The notes beneath the pieces were generated by a model. That model saw only the letters and a program-made list of their open reading frames with translations. It did no database searches and was not told the DNA's origin. 32,000 nucleotides of DNA, from assembly GCA_963704755.1 (NCBI GenBank), contig OY969938.1, positions 930,001-962,000 of the forward strand, in the 5' to 3' direction. Source of the stretch: an uncultured Chloroflexia bacterium. GTDB taxonomy: Bacteria > Chloroflexota > Anaerolineae > Anaerolineales > Anaerolineaceae. Positions 17,906 through 23,844 of this stretch are shown here, in pieces. How positions within the stretch are numbered: position 1 is the stretch's first letter; the number at the start of each line of letters is the position of its first letter. Position numbers and translations under genes: made by a program.

Positions 17906-17983
17906 CGAATTTGAGGTGCTCTTACCCGCCGGCCGAGCAGTCACAATCTTTTTTAGTAACTACCCAGGCCATTTGAAAATGAG

Positions 17984-18038
17984 GGGTGTTTTTGTTGTTT
18001 TTCGCGTGCTTCGCACGCGAAAAACAACAAAAACACCC
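17984..18038. repeat. Perfect palindrome P4 (26-bp stem, 3-nt loop), same family as P6
   Basis: GGGTGTTTTTGTTGTTTTTCGCGTGC-ttc-GCACGCGAAAAACAACAAAAACACCC, located between the anti-sigma stop and the thioredoxin-fold gene. Confidence 0.9.
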
Positions 18039-18112
18039 GATCCTTTTTGGATAGCCGAGCAATTACACTTTTTATTAAGATGCACAAGACCAGGAAAAGT
18101 GACGGAACCGGT

Positions 18113-18364
18113 TCAGGTATTCAAAAAATCGTCCAGATTCAGGCGTGAATACAGCCGTTTGCGGACCGCAACCGGGACTTTGTCTTCCTCGGTAGTTACC
18201 TGATAGAGTTCGATCGTCTTGCGCATGGTATTCACGACGATGCGACAGTTCTCACACCCCTGCAAGTGTTTTTCCAACTCAGTACACAGGGCCGGGGGCA
18301 GAGTCCCGTCCACAAAGTCTGATAAAGAAGCCAATAACTGGTGGCAATCGTTGTGGTTATTCAT
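18113..18364 (-). CDS. Small cytoplasmic zinc-binding anti-sigma factor (ZAS family, RsrA-like)
   Basis: 83 aa with no hydrophobic segment. It carries C7 and H33-x3-C37-x2-C40 (EKHLQGCENC). Its start overlaps the sigma gene stop by 8 nt. Confidence 0.75.
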   Translation of the reverse strand: MNNHNDCHQLLASLSDFVDGTLPPALCTELEKHLQGCENCRIVVNTMRKTIELYQVTTEEDKVPVAVRKRLYSRLNLDDFLNT

Positions 18365-18974
18365 GTTTTTTCAGCTCCACTAAACGATCTCCAAAGTACT
18401 TCGCCAGGTCCTGGCGCAAACGCAAACGCGCGCGGAGCAATCTCGTTTTCACATTGGTCTCGCTTAAATCAAGTGCTTCTGCGGTCTCTTTAATGGACAA
18501 CCCGTCTAAATCTCTCAAGATAAATACAGATCTCAACGTCTCTGGCAAAACCTGGATGGTCCGATCGAGGAAAGACCTGGCCTCAGATGAAAGCAGTTCG
18601 TCCTCCGGTAGGCAACAAAAATCGGCCAGCACCAGGTCGCTTTCGTCCAACTCGTCTTCTTCCTCCCGATTTTCTTCGGCCGGCAGGCGCTCAGGTTTCC
18701 GCTTGCGCAGCAGCATCAATGATTCATTGACGGCAATACGGTAAAGCCAGGTGGAAAGGCTGGAGCGGCCCTCGAAATTCGGTAAACCGTGCAGTGCTTT
18801 GATGAATGTCTCTTGCAGCACGTCTTCCGCGTCCTGGGAGTCGCTGGTAAAGCGCAACGCCGTCCGGTAGATCGTATCGGAAAACTGCTCCACCATCTCT
18901 GCGAAAGCTGCCCGATCTCCGTTTTTTAACCGGTCGATGAATTCGCTCGAGTTGTTAAGGGTCTCGTTAATCAT
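18357..18974 (-). CDS. ECF-type RNA polymerase sigma-70 family factor
   Basis: Region 2 reads DAEDVLQETFIKALHGLPNFEGRSSLSTWLYRIAVNESLMLLRKRK. Region 4 reads LPETLRSVFILRDLDGLSIKETAEALDLSETNVKTRLLRARLRLRQ. An acidic insert lies between the two regions. Confidence 0.9.
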   Translation of the reverse strand: MINETLNNSSEFIDRLKNGDRAAFAEMVEQFSDTIYRTALRFTSDSQDAEDVLQETFIKALHGLPNFEGRSSLSTWLYRIAVNESLMLLRKRKPERLPAEENREEEDELDESDLVLADFCCLPEDELLSSEARSFLDRTIQVLPETLRSVFILRDLDGLSIKETAEALDLSETNVKTRLLRARLRLRQDLAKYFGDRLVELKKHE

Positions 18975-19013
18975 TAGATGCCGTTACCTGCATAAAGTTG
19001 CGGACATTCCTGC

Positions 19014-20060
19014 CTATGATAAAGCCCAGGTCGGCGATACATCCATGTTGAGTGCATCGCGGTGACCGAAACCATAATGAAAATATCCCGCGGCCGCGAT
19101 CATGGCGGCGTTATCGGTACACAACGAAAGCGGGGGAATATTGACGTGATATTCGCGTTGGGACAGGAATGCCTCGCGCAAGGCGCGGTTGGCAGACACA
19201 CCGCCTGCTACCAGGATTTCTTTGGCATTGTACACCTGGGCCGCGTGCAGGGTCTTCTCAACCAGAGCATCCACCACGGCAGCCTGGAAACTGGCTGCCA
19301 GGTCGGCCACCGGCAAATTACGGCCGCTGGCCTGGATATCTTGCACCGTCCGCAGCACGGCCGTTTTCAGGCCGCTGAATGAGAAGTTCCAGGTGCCTTC
19401 CAGGCGAGCTCGCGGGAAATTGAAAGCCTTCGGGTTGCCATCTATGGATGCTTTTTGAATGGCCGGCCCACCCGGGTAAGACAGGCCGATCAGGCGAGCG
19501 ACTTTGTCGAAAGCCTCTCCGGCGGCATCGTCCAGGGTAGCTCCCAGGCGCTTGTATTCCAGGTGGCCGGTCATCAGGTTGATTTCGGTATGGCCACCCG
19601 AGACCAGCAGTGCCAGCAGCGGAAATTCGGGTGGGTTGGGCGGCTGAGGCGTATCGGAGGGGTATACCCAGGAAGAATAGATATGACCCTCCAGGTGGTT
19701 CACCCCGATCAAGGGCAGGTTGGTGGAAATCGCCAGGCCTTTGGCCATGTTCATTCCAACCACCAGCGAACCGGCCAGGCCAGGCCCGCGCGTGACCGCG
19801 ATGGCATCGATATCGCTCAATCCCAGGTGAGCACGCTGTAAAGCCTCATCCACGATCGCGTAAATCGTGAGGATGTGCTGGCGAGAGGCCACTTCCGGGA
19901 ACACCCCGCCGTATTGGGCGTGGATATCGATCTGGGAAGCGACCACACTGGAGAGCAGCGAGCGGCCATTCTCGACCACAGCCGCAGCCGTCTCGTCACA
20001 AGAAGATTCAATGCCCAATATCCGGGCAGGAGGAAGGTCAGCAGGTGTTCGTTGGTTCAT
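19014..20060 (-). CDS. tsaD: tRNA N6-adenosine threonylcarbamoyltransferase
   Basis: ILGIESSCDETAAAVV, QYGGVFPEVASRQH, GVNHLEGHIYS, LLVSGGHT; length 348 aa. Confidence 0.95.
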   Translation of the reverse strand: MNQRTPADLPPARILGIESSCDETAAAVVENGRSLLSSVVASQIDIHAQYGGVFPEVASRQHILTIYAIVDEALQRAHLGLSDIDAIAVTRGPGLAGSLVVGMNMAKGLAISTNLPLIGVNHLEGHIYSSWVYPSDTPQPPNPPEFPLLALLVSGGHTEINLMTGHLEYKRLGATLDDAAGEAFDKVARLIGLSYPGGPAIQKASIDGNPKAFNFPRARLEGTWNFSFSGLKTAVLRTVQDIQASGRNLPVADLAASFQAAVVDALVEKTLHAAQVYNAKEILVAGGVSANRALREAFLSQREYHVNIPPLSLCTDNAAMIAAAGYFHYGFGHRDALNMDVSPTWALS

Positions 20061-20099
20061 GCGTAAACTATATCACAACCGCGAAAAGATTTCCTGTGT

Positions 20100-20172
20100 G
20101 AGAATGATCCTGAAAAGGAGGTATTCACGGGGGCTTCGCCCCCGTGAATACCTCCTTTTCAGGATCATTCTC
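20100..20172. repeat. Perfect palindrome P5 (35-bp stem, 3-nt loop)
   Basis: GAGAATGATCCTGAAAAGGAGGTATTCACGGGGGC-ttc-GCCCCCGTGAATACCTCCTTTTCAGGATCATTCTC, located between the tsaD start and the M24 peptidase stop. Confidence 0.9.
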
Positions 20173-20191
20173 CAGATTTCAAAGGGAAAAG

Positions 20192-21427
20192 CTACTGCCG
20201 GATGGGCAGCACAAAATCGTAGGGATATTCGGCCAGGGACTCGAAAGTACCATCCGCGTTGGCCACAAAGGTATTCTCCACCCGGAAGCCCATCCCGCGT
20301 GAGGGGTAATACAGACCAGGCTCGATGGCGAACACGCTGCCGGGCGCCAGAATGTCCAGGCTGCCGGCATTCGCACCTGAGAAAGGCATCTCATGAATGT
20401 GCAGGCCAACTCCATGTCCGATGCTGTGGACGTAGCCTTCCTGGGTCCCGGGCGTGGACAGACTGGTAGGGTGGCCGTAAGCTTCGAACAGCTCGCAGGT
20501 CTTTCGCTGCACATCCTGGAAAGGTGCGTTGAGCTTCAATTCGGTGACGATTTGTTTATACACTTCCAATACCTGGACGTACAACTCGAGGGCTTTATCG
20601 GTGGCATAACCCAGTGACCAGGTGCGGGTGAAATCATAAAAATAGCCCCCACCGGCCTCACAGGGGAAGATATCGAACACGATCGTCTCGCCCAATCGCA
20701 GCACATCGTTCGGGCTGCCGCTGCTGTGGGGTACCCCGGCATCCCGGCCAATCGCGAAGATGGTCCCTTCCGGATTCTCCGCGCCCAGTTCGGCCAGCCA
20801 CAGGTCGATGTTCGATTTGACATCCTTGATCCGTAAGGGCTGCCCGTCCGGCTTGACCAGCATCTCATTGCGCGCGTGGTGGCTGGTTATGAAATCCGCC
20901 GTCCGGCTGACTACCTCGGTGGTGGTCCTGGCAATTTTACGGATCCGATCGATCTCGTCCGGGTCCTTGGTCATCATAGCCGGCAGCAGGATTGGATCGT
21001 CGTAGAAACCGGTAAATTCGATATCGGGCATCAGATTGCTCAATCGCCCAATGGCAGCCACGAATGGGCCGACTTCCACCTGGCCGTACAAGGCTACCCG
21101 GCCGTGGGTGATGCCCAGGTCTTCGAGCATTTGCTTATAACGTAAAGCGATACTCATGGCGACGTCGCCATCGGCCTGTTGATAAAACCCGTGCAGCGGG
21201 TATTGAGAAAGCGTGCGCACGTTCAAATGCGTCTTGGCGGCTTCCTCGCGCTCCATATCGTTGCAAAAAACCGTGCCGGTGCCATCGCAAGGTTTGATCA
21301 AGGTTGCCTGGGTAACGTGTCCGCCTCCGGTCAGGTAAGTCATGGCCGGATTATGGAAAGCATCTCCGCTCACCAATAATGCATCGATCTGGTTTTGCTT
21401 CATCAACTGGTCAATCTCTTTTTTCAT
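20192..21427 (-). CDS. M24-family Xaa-Pro aminopeptidase/dipeptidase
   Basis: C-terminal metal-binding contexts FDIFPCEAGGGYFYDFTRT, HSIGHGVGLHIHEMPF, FAIEPGLY and VENTFV, plus a creatinase-like N-terminal domain. Confidence 0.9.
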   Translation of the reverse strand: MKKEIDQLMKQNQIDALLVSGDAFHNPAMTYLTGGGHVTQATLIKPCDGTGTVFCNDMEREEAAKTHLNVRTLSQYPLHGFYQQADGDVAMSIALRYKQMLEDLGITHGRVALYGQVEVGPFVAAIGRLSNLMPDIEFTGFYDDPILLPAMMTKDPDEIDRIRKIARTTTEVVSRTADFITSHHARNEMLVKPDGQPLRIKDVKSNIDLWLAELGAENPEGTIFAIGRDAGVPHSSGSPNDVLRLGETIVFDIFPCEAGGGYFYDFTRTWSLGYATDKALELYVQVLEVYKQIVTELKLNAPFQDVQRKTCELFEAYGHPTSLSTPGTQEGYVHSIGHGVGLHIHEMPFSGANAGSLDILAPGSVFAIEPGLYYPSRGMGFRVENTFVANADGTFESLAEYPYDFVLPIRQ

Positions 21428-21478
21428 TGACGTAACCTCTTTTCAATATGTTCGTCTACGCACGGTGATCCGCGCAGA

Positions 21479-21889
21479 TTATTCGTGGCCAGATTCTTTC
21501 GGGGTAAACCGGCTGCGCTCTGCCAACCGTAAAGCAAATTCGATCACCCCCAACCCCGCGGCCAGCGCTACCGCTAGAGGCAGGCTGAGGAAACGTCCCA
21601 GTTGAAACCAGGCAATCAAATCGAAATATACCCCCGCCCAAATTGCTTCGCGAATGATAATACTCGCCGAGACTTTGGAATCTCTACTGAAGCGCCAATG
21701 GAAGAAATAGACCGCCGGCAAGGCCAATCCACTGACCGCGATCGTGCTCAAGAAGAAGAAAAACCAGCGCGGTCCCAGGGTTGGGACCGTAAAATTGAAC
21801 AAATAAAATAAACCTGCCAACCCGATCCCGCCCAGGATCAAGCTGGTGGCCAGGAAAGGCAGAAAAGGAGGGAGTCGCGATTCTTCCAA
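21479..21889 (-). CDS. Small membrane protein (3-4 hydrophobic segments), function unknown
   Basis: The ORF has no internal ATG. A TTG at 21889 is preceded by AAGAGGA. The longer ORF-track start (22027) would read through the 18-bp hairpin at 21950-22000. Hydrophobic stretches include PPFLPFLATSLILGGIGLAGLFYLF and FFFFLSTIAVSGLALPAVYFF. Confidence 0.5.
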   Translation of the reverse strand: MEESRLPPFLPFLATSLILGGIGLAGLFYLFNFTVPTLGPRWFFFFLSTIAVSGLALPAVYFFHWRFSRDSKVSASIIIREAIWAGVYFDLIAWFQLGRFLSLPLAVALAAGLGVIEFALRLAERSRFTPKESGHE

Positions 21890-21949
21890 AAAATCCTCTT
21901 TGATGGGTAGCCTTTGCCGGTAACTATTCAGGCTCGTGTAAGAAAATTC

Positions 21950-22000
21950 CGAATTTGAGGTGTTGGTTGAGAAAAATCCCCTACCAACACCTCGAATTCG
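21950..22000 (-). terminator. Candidate intrinsic terminator of the APH-like gene
   Basis: On the minus strand, CGAATTCGAGGTGTTGGT, a 15-nt loop and ACCAACACCTCAAATTCG pair at 17 of 18 positions. GAATTTTCTT follows. Confidence 0.45.
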
Positions 22001-22034
22001 TTTTATTTTACTCGTTGGGCTGAACAATTCCCTT

Positions 22035-22841
22035 TTAATAAATTATAACCTCATCCCCTTGAGACAAGGACACCAGCCAGGCTTGAATTTCCGGGATATT
22101 CTCGCTCAAGCGGGCCGCCGCCACAACCGGCAGCCAGCGGGCGTATTCCACTTTGGCCTGAGGTTTATCCTTGAAATAGTTGTTCAAATATTCTTTGACA
22201 AACAGGCGCAAAAAACGTTTTTCCAGCGGGCTGACCGCCTGCTCGCTGGCGGCCGCGCCTAACATAATGATCACTGTGCGGGCCACGTCCGCCAATGGAT
22301 TGCCGCTGCTGGCATCGCTCCAATCGATGATGATCGCGCCGTCCGGGGTAATCATCACGTTGCCCGGGTGGAAATCACCGTGGCAAACCTGTTCGCCATC
22401 CGGCAGGGTGTTGAGTTCGGCGATCAGCTTATCTTGGGCCAGCCGGGAGAGCACACTGGCATGGCTGATTTTCCACTCCAGGATCATCCGCTGGGCCGGC
22501 AGGTCGTTGCCGGTAATGGTGTGGACGCGTTGGTGCAGGGAACCCAACTGCCTGGCATAGGCATTCAAGCGCCAGGGCTGGCGTCGAAAATATTCCAGCA
22601 TCGTCCGCCCGTCGACCCGCTCATAAACCAGCCCGTTGCGCCCATCTACCTGCACGATCTCCCCCACCGCGGGCACCGGCAGTCCGCCGGCGTGAACGGC
22701 TTGGGCCAGCCTGGCTTCATATTCAATGCCATCCTGGCCGACCCACTCGTGAAAGAGCTTCAACACCTGGCCATCGCCATACGGGTAAACGTCGGCGGTC
22801 CGTCCCTGGGCCAGGGGTTTGGAGTTAAGAATTTCATTCAT
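22035..22841 (-). CDS. Aminoglycoside/choline-kinase-type phosphotransferase (APH family)
   Basis: The catalytic loop and metal-binding contexts are VCHGDFHPGNVMITPDGAIIIDWSDASSGNPLADVA; 268 aa. Confidence 0.85.
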   Translation of the reverse strand: MNEILNSKPLAQGRTADVYPYGDGQVLKLFHEWVGQDGIEYEARLAQAVHAGGLPVPAVGEIVQVDGRNGLVYERVDGRTMLEYFRRQPWRLNAYARQLGSLHQRVHTITGNDLPAQRMILEWKISHASVLSRLAQDKLIAELNTLPDGEQVCHGDFHPGNVMITPDGAIIIDWSDASSGNPLADVARTVIIMLGAAASEQAVSPLEKRFLRLFVKEYLNNYFKDKPQAKVEYARWLPVVAAARLSENIPEIQAWLVSLSQGDEVIIY

Positions 22842-22887
22842 AAAGAGTCACCACCATTGCGGGGATACCGTAAATTCTAACCGAAAC

Positions 22888-22944
22888 GGGGAGTTTTTAT
22901 TGTTTTTCGCGTGCTTCGCACGCGAAAAACAATAAAAACTCCCC
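22888..22944. repeat. Perfect palindrome P6 (27-bp stem, 3-nt loop), same family as P4
   Basis: GGGGAGTTTTTATTGTTTTTCGCGTGC-ttc-GCACGCGAAAAACAATAAAAACTCCCC. The inner 15 bp of each arm, plus the loop, are identical to P4. Confidence 0.9.
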
Positions 22945-22980
22945 TAATTTCCGAATGGGTAGCGCCGACCATTCTAATTC

Positions 22981-23596
22981 CTACGGAACTGGGTTTGGAA
23001 TGCGTAGCTCGGGTTTCCAACCCGAGAAAACGCCGGCCGGTCAAGAACCAGGCAATAGGATCAGGCCCCGCCCGAAAGGAGACCCACGCAGGTGGGTCTT
23101 TGTGCATCCGTAGGTGCAGCTTTAGCTGCTACGAGCCTGGCCAAAAATGCCGGCCTTGCTACCCCCCGGCTTTGAAAGCCGGGCTACAGAACTGGGTTTG
23201 GAAAACGTAGCTCGGGTTGGAAACCCGAGAAAACGCCGGCCGGTCAAGAACCAGGCTATAGGATCAGGCCCCGCCCGAAAGGAGACCCACGCAGGTGGGT
23301 CTTTGTGCATCCGTAGGCACAGCTTTAGCTGCTGCGGGCCTGGCCAAAAATGCCGGCCTTGCTACTCCCCGGCTTTGAAAGCCGGGCTACGGAACCAGGT
23401 TTGGATAATGTAGCTCGGGTTTCCAACCCGAGAAAGCGCCGGCCAAACTATATCCAGGCTATGGAAATGACTTCTGCCCAAAAGGAGACCCACGCAGGTG
23501 GGTCTTTGTGTATCCGTAGGTGCAGCTTTAGCTGCTGCGAGCCTGGCCAAAAATGCCGGCCTTGCTACCCCCCGGCTTTGAAAGCCGGGCTACGAA
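22981..23596. repeat. Tandem array of three complete 203-nt units plus about 7 nt of a fourth; hairpin-rich and non-coding
   Basis: Units start at 22981, 23184 and 23387, and a truncated one at 23590 (CTACGGA/CTACAGA/CTACGGA/CTACGAA). Copies 1 and 2 differ at roughly a dozen positions. Copy 3 carries a substituted block. Each unit has four conserved hairpins. Confidence 0.9.
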
Positions 23597-23628
23597 ATTC
23601 TCATGCTTCCTAAAATTTTGGATCCTTT

Positions 23629-23657
23629 TTGAATTTTTATATCAAATGTGGTAGAAT
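23629..23657 (+). promoter_or_regulatory. Sigma-70-type promoter for the SAM riboswitch/metH transcript
   Basis: TTGAAT (23629-23634), a 17-nt spacer, then TGgTAGAAT (extended -10, with TAGAAT at 23652-23657). This is about 15 nt upstream of the riboswitch P1 helix. Confidence 0.55.
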
Positions 23658-23671
23658 TTTTTTCAACATTT

Positions 23672-23788
<117 letters not shown>

Positions 23789-23806
23789 GAACAAAGTTCA
23801 CAAGCG

Positions 23807-23828
23807 CCTCTCGTCCGAGAGGTTTTTT
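23807..23828 (+). terminator. Riboswitch expression-platform intrinsic terminator
   Basis: CCTCTCG-tc-CGAGAGG followed by TTTTTT (23823-23828). AGGAG and the metH ATG (23845) come immediately after. Confidence 0.8.
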
Positions 23829-23844
23829 ATTACAGGAGTGCGGA

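Noticed and set aside
21890-22027. ATG-initiated N-terminal extension of the small membrane protein
   Set aside because: It would translate straight through an 18-bp hairpin that looks like the terminator of the upstream gene. The extension is hydrophilic junk (MFSPTSKIKRIRGVGRGFF...).
22981-23596. Possible CRISPR array
   Set aside because: The whole 203-nt unit repeats head to tail, with no short-repeat/unique-spacer alternation. There are no cas genes in the window.
22877-23613. Repeated small ORFs over the tandem array (MHKDPPAWVSFRAGPDPIAWFLTGRRFLG... and MPALL.PGFESRATE...)
   Set aside because: The 203-nt period is not a multiple of 3, so the frames drift between units. The ORFs are by-products of the repeats and have no ribosome-binding sites.
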